A program made the position numbers and the translations under genes. Source: Candidatus Aminicenantes bacterium (lineage in GTDB: Bacteria; Acidobacteriota; Aminicenantia; Aminicenantales; Saccharicenantaceae). Taken from it: 64,000 bases of DNA. Below, one piece after another: positions 48,485 through 58,558 of this stretch; positions within the stretch are counted from its first letter, which is position 1; every line of letters starts with the position of its first letter. The DNA is taken from assembly GCA_963754085.1 (NCBI GenBank), contig CAVWFA010000003.1:391854-455853 (forward strand), read 5' to 3'. The notes below the pieces were generated by a model, which worked only from the letters and a program-made list of their open reading frames with translations, made no database searches and was not told where the DNA came from.

Positions 48485-49705
48485 TTAGAGCGTCCCGGCG
48501 ACGGCCTGATGGAGGACCATTTCGGATTCAGTCTTGGTCGGGTCCTTCACCAGGATGCCCCGGGACGACTGGGCGAAGCCTCCCCTGCCGATGATCGTAT
48601 CCCGCGCTTCCGTCAGCCAAGCATTGATCCCGGCGTGATCGGGCCGGTGCCTCTCGTTGTTGTCGACGGGATACAGGACGTATTTCGCCGACCAGTAGTC
48701 CAGCGCGACCGGGTCCTGGCTGGCCAGGATGGTGTTGGCCCTGGTGGTGGCCGAGGCCGGATATCCCGTCAGGGCCCCTTGCGAGACCCAGATCGCGTCC
48801 ATAATGTTGAGGACTGGAGTGTGGACGGAGACCATCATCTTGCCGCAGGTCTCGCCGAGCCCGCCGTAATGGCGGAAATCCGAATTGCCGTCGGACATCG
48901 AGACCAGGCCGTACACGTGCTTGAGGGCACCTGTGATCTCCGAGCCGCCCGTGTCGTGGTGCTTGAGGACGGGAATGTTGATGAGCTTGAGGTTCGCGCC
49001 GTGGACCGTCCCGTTCCAGACGCCCTCGCGGAGCTCGACGCGCCGGCCGCCCGCCGTCGTGAAGCAGGGGTACGAGACGTTCTCATAGGTCCGGTAGCCG
49101 TTGGCCGAGTGCTCGGACGCCCCGATGAAGTTGCCGCGCACGGGATCGAGCAGGAACGCCGAGACCCGGGAGTCGTTGAACAGGCTGTTGACGAGCCAGA
49201 GGAACGAGTGGCTCTCGTCCTGGGCGTTGGCGTGGACCCCGGTGTCGCCGCCGTAGGAGCTCGAAGTGTTGCAGGCCAGGCTGCCCCGGCCCTGGCCGTT
49301 CTCGACGATGACCACCTCGCCGCCGAAACCGTCGGGGTGTTCGAGGATCCGCTGGATGACGCCGCGGACGAGGTCGCTGTTGGTGCAGCCGCGGTATTTC
49401 CACTGGGCGTTGACCTTGATGAGCACGACGTCGGCGGCGGCGATAAGGCCGTTCGCGCCGTTCAAGGCGCCCGGTGTCGAGGTCCGATAGAACTTGAGCC
49501 CGTTCTGCCCCATGAGCGCGAGGAGCGTGTCGACACCGGAATGGCGGCTGCCCGAGACGATGGCGTTGGCCGGGATCTGGGTGACCTGGAACAGGGCGTT
49601 CCGCGTATCCGACGGCTCATCGGGGGCGTTCGAGGTCTCGCACCGGACGAGCGGCAGCGAGGCCGCGCCGACCAACCCCATCTTGACGAAATCCCTGCGC
49701 TTCAT
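48485..49705 (-). CDS. Tat-signal DUF362-domain protein
   Basis: MKRRDFVKMGLVGAASL signal. VLIKVN, PVLKHHDTGG.EITGALKH, IMDAIWV and ILASQDPVALD patterns resemble DUF362. Confidence 0.7.
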   Translation of the reverse strand: MKRRDFVKMGLVGAASLPLVRCETSNAPDEPSDTRNALFQVTQIPANAIVSGSRHSGVDTLLALMGQNGLKFYRTSTPGALNGANGLIAAADVVLIKVNAQWKYRGCTNSDLVRGVIQRILEHPDGFGGEVVIVENGQGRGSLACNTSSSYGGDTGVHANAQDESHSFLWLVNSLFNDSRVSAFLLDPVRGNFIGASEHSANGYRTYENVSYPCFTTAGGRRVELREGVWNGTVHGANLKLINIPVLKHHDTGGSEITGALKHVYGLVSMSDGNSDFRHYGGLGETCGKMMVSVHTPVLNIMDAIWVSQGALTGYPASATTRANTILASQDPVALDYWSAKYVLYPVDNNERHRPDHAGINAWLTEARDTIIGRGGFAQSSRGILVKDPTKTESEMVLHQAVAGTL

Positions 49706-49841
49706 GGCGATACCGTCCCTTCAAGAGTTTAGTCGGGCAAAGGCTATTATATCAGGCGGAAGGAAAGAGAATTTGCAATATGTTTATTTTGAATTATTTA
49801 TGAAGATTTGAAGAAAATATTATTGGGATCGTGCGCAAAAC

Positions 49842-49870
49842 GGGGACACGTACGAAGCGTACATGTCCCC
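49842..49870 (-). repeat. Type-1 hairpin element (GGGGACACGTAC-GAAGC-GTACATGTCCCC)
   Basis: Same family as 9708, 30664 and 52178. Lies 20 nt from the next element. Confidence 0.9.
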
Positions 49871-49890
49871 TGCTCACAGAGACGAAAAAG

Positions 49891-49949
49891 GGGGACACAA
49901 TACCAATTCCCCTATTTGCAATAAATGGGTGAATTGGTATTGTGTCCCC
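49891..49949. repeat. 59-nt palindromic element, copy 2
   Basis: See 48423-48481. Confidence 0.95.
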
Positions 49950-49952
49950 GAT

Positions 49953-51809
49953 TTAGAGGCCGTGGTACTTTTCGAGGATCTCGGCGTACTTGCGCTCCTC
50001 GAGCCGCAGGATCTCGGCGAAGCGGGGATCGTTCCTCAGCTTGTCGTAGAAATAGTCCCGGGTATTGTTGAGGTAGGAGAAGAAGTAGAGGTAGTCGTAA
50101 ATGTCCTCGAAACCCCGGTCGATGCCCGATTCGATCGTGGCCACCGCCTCGTCGAACATGCCCAGGGCCGCGTAGACGCGCGACCGGAAATAGGTGCCCC
50201 GCGACGGCCGGGACGCGTCGAGCGACGCCTCGATCGTGGCCAGGGCCGCCTTCCTGTCCCCGTTGGCCGCCGCGGCCAGGGCCCTCACGAGCCGGACGTA
50301 TGTGTCGCCCGGCGCCAGCGTCTCGGCCAAGGCCAGCTCGGCCGCCGCCGTGTCGTACCTCTTCATCAGGATGAGCGCCCGGGCCATGTGGCAGCGCGTC
50401 TTGACGTCGGTCGGGTCGAGCCCGATCATCTTGTCGTAGTCCGCCAGGGCCGACTCGAAGAGGCCCATCTGCTCGTAGGTATAGCCCCGCATCATGTACA
50501 TGTCCACCGTCGTGCCGCCGGCCTGGATGACCCGGGTGAAGTATTCGGCGGCCCGCTCCAGCATCCCGATGCTCCGGAGGAACCCGCCGATGTCGGTCAG
50601 GACATGGAGGCTCGACGGGTCGAGGGCCAGCGCCTTCTTGAGACAGGCGTAGGCCTGGTCGTTTTCTCGCCTGAAATAGTGGAACCAGGCCATCCCGACG
50701 TTGGTCTCGGCCCGGTCGGGGGCCATCTCGTAGGCGCGCCGGTAGTTCTCCTCCATCAGGCGCAGCGTGGCGGGGCTGTCCTCCTCGTAGACGAACCGGT
50801 ACTGGTAGGCGTCGCCCAGCCCGAGGTAGGCCAGGGGGCAGCCGGGGTCGGCCTCGCGGGCCTGGGTGAACAGGGCGATGATCTTCTCGAGCTCGGCCGG
50901 TTCGGTCGTGATCACGTACTTGCGGGCGATGGCCCGGGCCGTCTCATAGAGGCGGGTGGCCTGGACCGAGCAGAGGGCCAGGGCCTCGGGCCCGGACGAA
51001 GTCGGTACGCCGAAGGCGCGGCGGACGCCGTCGGCGATGCGGCTCTCGACGACGGGGATGTCGGCTTCCGTGCCCGGGACGTGGTCCGTCTTGAGCGGCG
51101 CGGCGCCGCGGGCCTCGCGGACCTCGTAACCGACGCGGATCTTCGAGCCGGAGCGGGCGAGGAAGCCGGCGACGAGCCAGCCCGCGCCCAGCCGGTCCGA
51201 GACGGCGGCGAGCTCGTCGGGTGTGAGCGGCGCGCCCGGCTCGAGGCCGAGCTTGCGCACGGTCTCGATCACGGCGGCGAAGGTGTAGACCTTGAGGTGC
51301 TCGGAGCTCCGCTGGAGATCCCGGATGAGGTGGTCGGGGACGGACTCGCGAAGGTAGTTGAGGCCGTCGTCGCCCGTCCCGTTGACGAAGGGCAGGACGG
51401 CGACCGCGGGGCGATCCCCGTTCGGGACGTAGTGGGGGTGGCCGTTGCTGATGACGCGCCAGCCGAGGACGCCGACGGCCATAAACGCCGTGAACCCGGC
51501 CAGAACGTACCAGCGACGGAACGAGGCGAAGGAGGTCGGGACGCGGAGGCCGAAGATCACGACGGCGTCGGGTCCGGACGCGGGGCCGGAGCCGGAGTGA
51601 GCCGGTTTCTCGGGATCGTGCTCGTGGAGCTTGGCGTCGAGCCACCAGTCGATCTCGTCTTTGTAGGCCATGACGCGGGCCTTGGGCGAGCCGTCGAGGC
51701 GGTGGACGGGGAGGCCGAGGTTCTCCTCCCAGCGGCGGCAGGTGCGGACGTCGCGGCCGAGGTAGGAGGCGATCTCCTTCCAGGACTGTAGAACTTCGCG
51801 AGCACCCAT
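49953..51809 (-). CDS. N-terminal HTH (SWKEIA.YLG...RT..RWE...GLPVH) - TM - periplasmic domain - TPR repeat protein
   Basis: 618 aa. Excisionase/MerR-like HTH, one TM segment, and multiple TPR-like repeats in the C-terminal half. Confidence 0.75.
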   Translation of the reverse strand: MGAREVLQSWKEIASYLGRDVRTCRRWEENLGLPVHRLDGSPKARVMAYKDEIDWWLDAKLHEHDPEKPAHSGSGPASGPDAVVIFGLRVPTSFASFRRWYVLAGFTAFMAVGVLGWRVISNGHPHYVPNGDRPAVAVLPFVNGTGDDGLNYLRESVPDHLIRDLQRSSEHLKVYTFAAVIETVRKLGLEPGAPLTPDELAAVSDRLGAGWLVAGFLARSGSKIRVGYEVREARGAAPLKTDHVPGTEADIPVVESRIADGVRRAFGVPTSSGPEALALCSVQATRLYETARAIARKYVITTEPAELEKIIALFTQAREADPGCPLAYLGLGDAYQYRFVYEEDSPATLRLMEENYRRAYEMAPDRAETNVGMAWFHYFRRENDQAYACLKKALALDPSSLHVLTDIGGFLRSIGMLERAAEYFTRVIQAGGTTVDMYMMRGYTYEQMGLFESALADYDKMIGLDPTDVKTRCHMARALILMKRYDTAAAELALAETLAPGDTYVRLVRALAAAANGDRKAALATIEASLDASRPSRGTYFRSRVYAALGMFDEAVATIESGIDRGFEDIYDYLYFFSYLNNTRDYFYDKLRNDPRFAEILRLEERKYAEILEKYHGL

Positions 51810-51888
51810 CGCTATATCCGTCTACGGAAATAACGCTTCTGCTAGGTATAAAGTATTCATAAGAAAAAGGATTTGTCAAGGCCCGCTT

Positions 51889-51951
51889 GGGGGTCTGACG
51901 TACTTTTCGCGTATCCCGGTTTTGAGGCAAGCGAAAAGTAGGTCTGACCCC
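51889..51951. repeat. GGTCTGAC-type palindromic element (GGGGTCTGACGTACTTTTCGC ... GCGAAAAGTAGGTCTGACCCC)
   Basis: Same outer architecture as 62301-62366, with a different inner stem. Confidence 0.85.
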
Positions 51952-52002
51952 GTCTTAGTCTTGTTCTTACCGGCTGCCCCTTTTTGAGCTAGAATACCCC
52001 AA

Positions 52003-52823
52003 ATGTCCCGCCGCCACCCGAAAGGTTATTGGTACCTGCCCGGGCTCCTCTACGATCTCGCCTTCAAGCGCATGTTCCGGGGCTTGCGGCGACGGGTCTC
52101 GCGGACGATCGAACGGGAGGGGCTCTATCCTTGGCTGGAGGTCTGCTGCGGCACGGGCGACCAGCTGCGGCACGCGCGGGGACATGTACCGAAGGTACGT
52201 GTCCCCCAAATTGGATTGGCCGAGGAGGGGTTTGCTTGGGGGACGGCGAACATGGAGCCCGGAACGGGTGTCCCCGATGAGCAAGCACAGGGGGTCGAGG
52301 CACGAGACGGCCGGGCCGTAGTTGGCCTCGACCTGAGCTTCGGCTTCGTCCGATACGCCGGGCCCGCGCGCCCCAGGTCCCGTTCATTTGCGGCGATGCG
52401 GCCCGACTCCCGTTCAAGACCGGCTCCATGCGGGCCGTCAGCGTGTCGTTCGGCCTCCACGACAAGAGCCTGGAGCTCCGGAGCGCGATCCTGGCCGAAG
52501 CGAAGCGAGTGTTGAAGCCGGGCGGGCGGCTCATCGCCGTCGATTTCGAGAACCCCTGGGACGCGGCCTCGCGCGCCGGGGCCCTGTTCACCCGGGCCAT
52601 CGAGCGGCTCGCCGGGCGGGAGCACTACGGCAACGGCCGGGATTTCCTGCGCCGCGGCGGCCTGCGGGGCTTTCTCCGGGAGAACGGTTTCGCCGAGGTT
52701 GCGCGCCGCGACGTCCCGGTCGGCTCGGTCAGTGTGGTCGTCGCGAAACTCGACTCGGATCGCCCTTGCGATTTGCCGCCCGCGGAGATTAAGATGGCGT
52801 CAAACCATTTGTTCCCGAGATAG
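52003..52823 (+). CDS. Class I SAM-dependent methyltransferase interrupted by an in-frame block of about 98 nt of palindromic-element sequence, plus one frame break near 52360
   Basis: LEVCCGTGDQL (motif I), then about 52 aa instead of the usual about 20 before VVGLDLS. FICGDAARLPF..SMRAVSVSFGLH, VLKPGGRLIAVDF. Confidence 0.65.
52178..52206 (+). repeat. Type-1 hairpin element (GGGGACATGTACC-GAA-GGTACGTGTCCCC) inside the methyltransferase ORF
   Basis: Arms identical to those of 9708-9736. Confidence 0.9.
52238..52275. repeat. Degenerate GGGGAC...GGAACGGGTGTCCCC element fragment
   Basis: The right end resembles the right arm of 47858-47879 (GGGAAACGGGTATCATGTCCCC) with an internal deletion. 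Confidence 0.5.
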
Positions 52824-52836
52824 AAACGAGGTTGAA

Positions 52837-54594
52837 ATGAGCCAAAGACCGATCATCCGCATCAGCCCTCCCGTCGGTGTCTTCCTGACCGTTCTGCTCG
52901 TTATCGCCGCGGCCTCCCCTGCCCTGCGCGCGGCCGACGAGACGACCGCGAAGGTGGACAAGATCTTCGCGTCATGGGACAAGACGACGTCGCCGGGCAT
53001 GGCCCTGGCCGTGATCAAGGACGGCAAGATCGTCTACGAGCGCGGCTACGGCATGGCCAAGCTCGAGGACGGCATCGTCAATACGCCCGATAAAGTGTTC
53101 GACATCGGCTCGGTCTCGAAGCAGTTCACCGCGGCCTGCGTGGCCATGCTCGTCCGGGACGGCAAGGTCCGGGTCGAGGACGACATCCGCAAGTACCTGC
53201 CCGAGATGCCCGCCTACGGGAAGCCGGTGACGGTCGACCACCTGCTCCATCACACCAGCGGCATCCGCGACTACAACGCCCTGCTCAGCCTGGCCGGGTT
53301 CCGGCCGGAATCGGACTCGCCCACGGTCGAGGAGGCGGTCGAGATCATCCGGCGGCAGAAGAAGCTCAACTACACGCCGGGCGACGAGTACTCCTACACC
53401 AACAGCGGCTTCTTCCTGCTCAGCCAGATCGTCGAGAGGGTCAGCGGGAAGTCGCTGAACGCCTTCGCCCAGGAGCGGATCTTCAAGCCGCTGGGCATGA
53501 CCAAGACGCTCTTCCAGGACGATCACACCCAGATCATCAGGGACCGGGCCACGGGTTACACGCAGGCCGAGTGGCGGCGGCTTCAAGATCAACATGAGCA
53601 ACTGGGACGAGACCGGCGACGGCAACGTCTACACGACCGTGCGGGACCTCTACCTCTGGGACCAGGCGTTCTACACCGGCGCGCTCGGCAAGGACCTGAC
53701 GGACATGCTCCAGACGACGGGCGTCCTCAACTCGGGCAAGGCCATCGATTACGCCTGGGGGCTCGTCGTGCGCGATTACAAGGGCCTCAAGGTGGTCGAG
53801 CACGGCGGGGCCTGGGTCGGATTCAGAGCGGCGATCGCGCGCTTCCCCGAGCAGAAGTTCTCGGTCGTCATCCTGGCCAATCTCGACTCGATCGACCCGT
53901 CGGGGCTGGCGTTCCGGGTGGCGGACGTCTATCTCGCGGAGGAGCTTAAGGGCGCGGCCAAGGCGCCGAAAGGGCGGGGCGGGCGAGTGCGGCGGCGGAC
54001 GGGGAAATGCGACGAAGGCCAAGCCCGAAGGCCGAGCCGTTCGCGGTGCCCAGGGCGGAGCTCGAGGCCCTTGTGGGGAACTGGGAGGACGTCGGGTTCG
54101 GCCAGTGGCTCGCGCTCTCGATAAAGGACGACAAGCTGACGGCGGCCCTGGGAGGCCGGAACTTCACGCTCAAGCCGATCGCGCCGGGGAAGTTCGTCGC
54201 GGCGGAGCGGGCGGACGTCGAGCTCGAGTTCAAGGCGGCCGATAAGGGCAAAGCCGCGACAGGGCGGATGACGGTCGGGAAGAGCCTGGAATTCCGGTTC
54301 GCGAAGGCGGCGCCGCTCAAGGCCATGAGCGCGGCCGAAATGGCCGGATATGCGGGGACTTATGTCAGCGAGGAACTGCTCGACGCCAAGTATGTGCTCA
54401 AGGTCGACAAGGACACGCTGGTCCTCAAGACGCGGGACGTGCCCAGGGCAGAGCTCAAGGCCATGGCCCCGGACAAGTTCACGGTCCCCGGCTACGGGCT
54501 CAACATCGAGTTCGTGCGAGGCCAGGGCGGCAAGGTGACGGGCTTCACGGTGAGCGTGGGCAGGGCGGCGGGGATCGTCTTCTCAAAGAAATGA
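52837..54594 (+). CDS. Exported serine hydrolase (beta-lactamase-like, SVSK motif) with a C-terminal beta domain; two frame breaks (about 53572 and about 53990)
   Basis: FDIGSVSKQFTA, YSYTNSGF. Continuation GGGFKINMSNWDETGDGNVYTT.. and ..PFAVPRAELEALVGNW.. run in successive frames. Confidence 0.75.
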
Positions 54595-54713
54595 ACGATG
54601 GCGCCGCGGGCCTCGAATGACAAACCTCTCTGAAATGACTCCGGCCCGCGCGATCGGGATCAAGCCGGATCAATTCGCACCGACGAAGCAGCCGCCTCCG
54701 TCAACCGCCGAGA

Positions 54714-57040
54714 TCAGGGCGTCACGGTCAGGGTCGCCCTGACGGTGACGCCCCTTCTGGCTGAAATTGTGACAGCTCGTGTCGACGTCACGGCAGACGT
54801 TGTGATCGAGAATGTCGCTGTCGTCGCCCCGGCCGGAACGGTTACTGACGCCGGCACCTGAGCAGTCGAGGTACGGCTGCTCGTCAGTGTGACGACCATC
54901 CCTCCGGCAGGCGCCGGTCCGGTCAATGAGACCGTACCTGTGGATGGGTTACCTCCGCGTACACTGCTTGGATTGAGGCTCAGCGAGGATGCCACGGGCG
55001 CCCTCACCGCAAGGCTCGCCGTCCGGCTGACGCCGTTGTAGAGGGCCGTGATCGTCGACGACCGATTCGAGGTCACGGGGCTCGTCGTCACCGTGAACGT
55101 CGCCGTGGTCGCCCCGGCCGCCACCGTCACCGAGGCCGGCACCTGGGCCGCTGTATTGCTCGAGGTCAGGCTGACCACTGCCCCGCCTGTCGGAGCCGGT
55201 CCACCCAGTATCACGGTTCCCGTCGAGGACTCCCCGCCCACAACCGTCGCCGGGCTCACGCCCACGGACGTCAGCGTCGCCGCCGCCGGCGCCGTCACCG
55301 TCAGGGTCGCCGTCCGGCTGACACTGGAATAAACGGCCGTGATCGTCACGGCCGTATCGGCAGCCACCGGGCTCGTCGCCGCCGTGAACGTCGCCGTCGT
55401 CGCCCCGGCCAGAACGGTCACGCTCGCCGGCACCTGGGCCGCCGCCGTGTTCGAGCTCGTCGTAGCGTGACCACGGCACCGCCCGGTCGGCGCCGGCCCG
55501 CTCAGCGTTACCGTTCCGGTCGAGGAGGTGCCGCCGGGCACAGTCGCCGGGCTCACGCTCACAGACGTCAGCGTCGCCGCCACCGGCGCCGTCACCGTCA
55601 GGGTCGCCGTCCGGCTGACACTGGAATAAGCAGCCGTGATCGTCACCGTCGTATCGGAGGCCACCGGGCTCGTCGCCGCCGTGAACGTCGCCGTCGTCGC
55701 CCCGGCCAGAACGGTCACGCTCGCCGGCACCTGGGCCGCCGCCGTGTTCGAGCTCGTCAGCGTGACCACGGCACCGCCCGTCGGCGCCGGGCCGCTCAGC
55801 GTCACCGTTCCGGTCGAGGACGTGCCGCCGGCAGAGCCGCCGGGCTGACGCTCACGGACGTCAGTGTCGCCGCCGCCGACGCCGTCACCGTCAAGGTCGC
55901 CGTCAGGGTGGCGCTGCCGTAAACAGCCGTGATCGTTACCGTCGTATTGGAGGCCACCGGGCTCGTCGTCACCGGGAACGTCGCCGTCGTCGCCCCGGCC
56001 GCAACGGTCACGCTCGCCGGCACCTGGGCCGCCGTGTTCAAGCTCGCCAGCGTGATTACCACTCGGCCCGCGGGCGCTGGACTGACCAAAGCCACCGTTC
56101 CTTGGAGGACGCACCGCCCGGCACCGAAGCCGGGGTGATGTTCACCCAGCTGAGCGTCGCTGCCGCCACGGTCACCGCCAGGGTCGCCGTCCGGCTGACA
56201 CTGGAATAAACAGCCGTGATCGTCACCGTCGTATTGGAGGCCACCGCGCTCGTCGTCGCCGTGAACGTCGCCGTTGTCGCCCCGGCCACAACGGTCACGC
56301 TCGCCGGCACCTGGGCCGCCGCCGTGTTCGAGCTCGTCAGCGTGACCACCGCCCCGCCCGCCGGCGCAGGTCCGCTCAGCGTCACCGTCCCGGTCGAGGG
56401 ACTCCCGCCCACGACCGAAGTCGGGATCAGGCTGATGGAGCTCAGGACCGGCGCGGGACGCCGTCATGGTCACCGTCAGGGCGGCCGTACGGGTCACCCC
56501 GATCGTAGAGGGCCGTGATCGTCACCGCCGTATTGGAGGCCACCGGGCTCGTCGTCGCCGTGAATGTCGCCGTTGTCGCCCCGGCCAGAACGGTCACGCT
56601 CGCCGGCACCTGGGCCGCCGCCGTGTTCGAGCTCGTTAGCGTCACCACCGCCCCGCCCGCCGGCGCAGGTCCGCTCAGCGTCACCGTCCCTGTCGACGAA
56701 ACGCCGCCCTGCACTGAAGCCGGGCTCACGCTCACGGACGTCAGCGCCGCCTCCGGCGCCATCACCGTCAGCGTCGCCGTCCGATTGATACCGTCATAGA
56801 GGGCCGTGATCGTCACCGCCGTGCTGAGCGCAACCGGGTTCGTCGTGGCCGGGAACGTCGCCGTCGTCGATCCAGCCGCCACCGTCACCGACGTCGGCAC
56901 CTGGGCCGCCGCCGTGTTCGAGCTCGCCTGGACGTAACCACCGTGCCCGCCGGCGGGCGCAGGTCCGCGAGCGTGATCGTTCCGGTGAGACACCCGCCCA
57001 CCGTCACCGGGTCTATGCCGAGCCGATGAGCGCAACGCCT
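54714..57040 (-). CDS. Thr/Ala/Val-rich Ig-like tandem-repeat surface protein (about 8 x 98 aa), many frame breaks; possibly continuous with the CE4 gene upstream
   Basis: Repeat unit: LTSVSVSPATVPGGTSSTGTVTLSGPAPTGGAVVTLTSSNTAAAQVPASVTVLAGATTATFTAATSPVASDTTVTITAAYSSVSRTATLTVTAP. Confidence 0.7.
54740..57010 (-). repeat. About 8 tandem copies of a roughly 294-bp coding repeat
   Basis: The marker GTGATCGT recurs at 55048, 55339, 55636, 55929, 56216, 56515 and 56808. Spacings are 291/297/293/287/299/293, which are not all multiples of 3. Confidence 0.9.
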
Positions 57041-58089
57041 GCCTCGGCCTGGGTGGACATCGGCCGGTACTCGGTATGCGTCGAAATAGACGACTCTTCG
57101 GCTCCCTCGAGGACGGAATCGACGAAGGCGGACGAGTCCCCTTGAGTGATATTGACCCTAAGCCAGGCGGACGGCACGATGCTCCGGACCGTCAGCGGTT
57201 CCCTGAACACGGACACGTTAAGCGGGTTCGTCAGGCTCAATTGGATGGCAGAAGCATCCGACGAGAGCACGCTGAGCGTGGACGCTTTCCGCTCGCGCAT
57301 GTACTGGGCCACTTCCCCGTACGTGGCCATCCAGAGATTCCTAGCTACGATATGGTCAAGAAGCGTTGCCATGTAGCCGGTGTTTTCGGCAGGCACGGCA
57401 TGCAGATACACACAGTACCAGGCATTGTAGGTGATCGCGGTGTCCAGCTTGGCGTCTAACAAGGAGATGGCCATGGTGAAATCAATGTTCTCAGCGGCCG
57501 TGTTATAGAAATTGACGGCCTTGAGTTGTCCGAACTGTATGCCCGGGGGCCACGGCCAGAATTCCGGAATGTCCTCGTAGAAGTTAAAATTGCCCCCTTC
57601 GCTCCCGGCCCAGCCGCCTCTCGCGGCGATGTAGAATTCGCTGGTGACGGCCTGCACAAGGGAATTGCTGTCTGTATAGGGATAGGAGATAGACAGACAC
57701 GGCTGCGAGAGAATGCGCTGATTGATCACTCGCTGGGATTCGCTCAGCAGCTCGTACCGCATCTCTGATTCGGACAAGAAAGCGAGATCAGGGTGGGTGA
57801 GGGTGTGGCTCGCGATCTCATGGCCTTGCCCCGCGAGCGTTAACCACTGGTCCCAGGGGACCTCGGTTGTGGCCGTGGTCACAAAAAAAGTGGCTTTCAG
57901 ACCCCGGGCGTTCAGAAGAGGCACGGCGTTCGTGATCTGAGTCAAGTACCCGTCATCGAAGGTCACGGAAACGGCCCCGGCCCGGTTGTGCCTCCAAGGC
58001 GTGATCTGATGGGCCTGCGCAAAGGCTGTTCGCAAAGGAAGAAGAAGTCCGATCAAAGCGCAGAGGACAACGCGAGAGATCGTGGTCAT
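57013..58089 (-). CDS. Secreted polysaccharide deacetylase (NodB/CE4 domain)
   Basis: Signal peptide from ATG 58089. VSVTFDDGY, HEIASHTLTHPDL and YPYTDSN motifs. Confidence 0.8.
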   Translation of the reverse strand: MTTISRVVLCALIGLLLPLRTAFAQAHQITPWRHNRAGAVSVTFDDGYLTQITNAVPLLNARGLKATFFVTTATTEVPWDQWLTLAGQGHEIASHTLTHPDLAFLSESEMRYELLSESQRVINQRILSQPCLSISYPYTDSNSLVQAVTSEFYIAARGGWAGSEGGNFNFYEDIPEFWPWPPGIQFGQLKAVNFYNTAAENIDFTMAISLLDAKLDTAITYNAWYCVYLHAVPAENTGYMATLLDHIVARNLWMATYGEVAQYMRERKASTLSVLSSDASAIQLSLTNPLNVSVFREPLTVRSIVPSAWLRVNITQGDSSAFVDSVLEGAEESSISTHTEYRPMSTQAEAGVALIGSA

Positions 58090-58558
58090 GTTTGCGTTCC
58101 CCTTGCCCGAAGCGGCCGACCATCCGGCCTTTTCCGGGCCCGTCAGTTCCTGCTTCCCCAAAACGCGACTCTCCGTTTCTTGAAGCTTTGGTCATTTCTC
58201 TTCCCCCTCTCCTCTTCCCCGAACTTGGCGAAACCTCCCCGGGAACGAAGGGAAAACGACCCAGCTTCAGCAATGGCGGTAGATAGTACAACATTAGATT
58301 CCCCGCTTCCCCGTGAGGATATTTTCTAGGATATCGCATCCGCCCCGTCAATGCCAATGGGGAGAAGCCGCCCATCATGGACTTCTGCTCCTCGCCCCGC
58401 ATGTCTAGGACATTCCTCGAACCACTTCCTTGAGGCGCTATTCTGATGATTCCAAGGCCAAATGTAAATCCCCATTTCGTATTCACCCATTCGGGTGTAG
58501 CCAATAGCTTAGAGATCTAAATAAGAGACACCAGCCGGTAGACCTCTAAAGGGGTTTT

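Noticed and set aside
54740-57010. Regular repeats of about 294 bp, considered as a possible CRISPR or satellite array.
   Set aside because: The period corresponds to a 98-aa protein repeat with conserved Ig-like sequence on the minus strand. There is no repeat/spacer alternation and there are no cas genes.
57953-58504. 183-aa ORF upstream of and overlapping the CE4 start.
   Set aside because: Poor codon bias, no motifs, and it overlaps the signal-peptide region of the CE4 gene in another frame.
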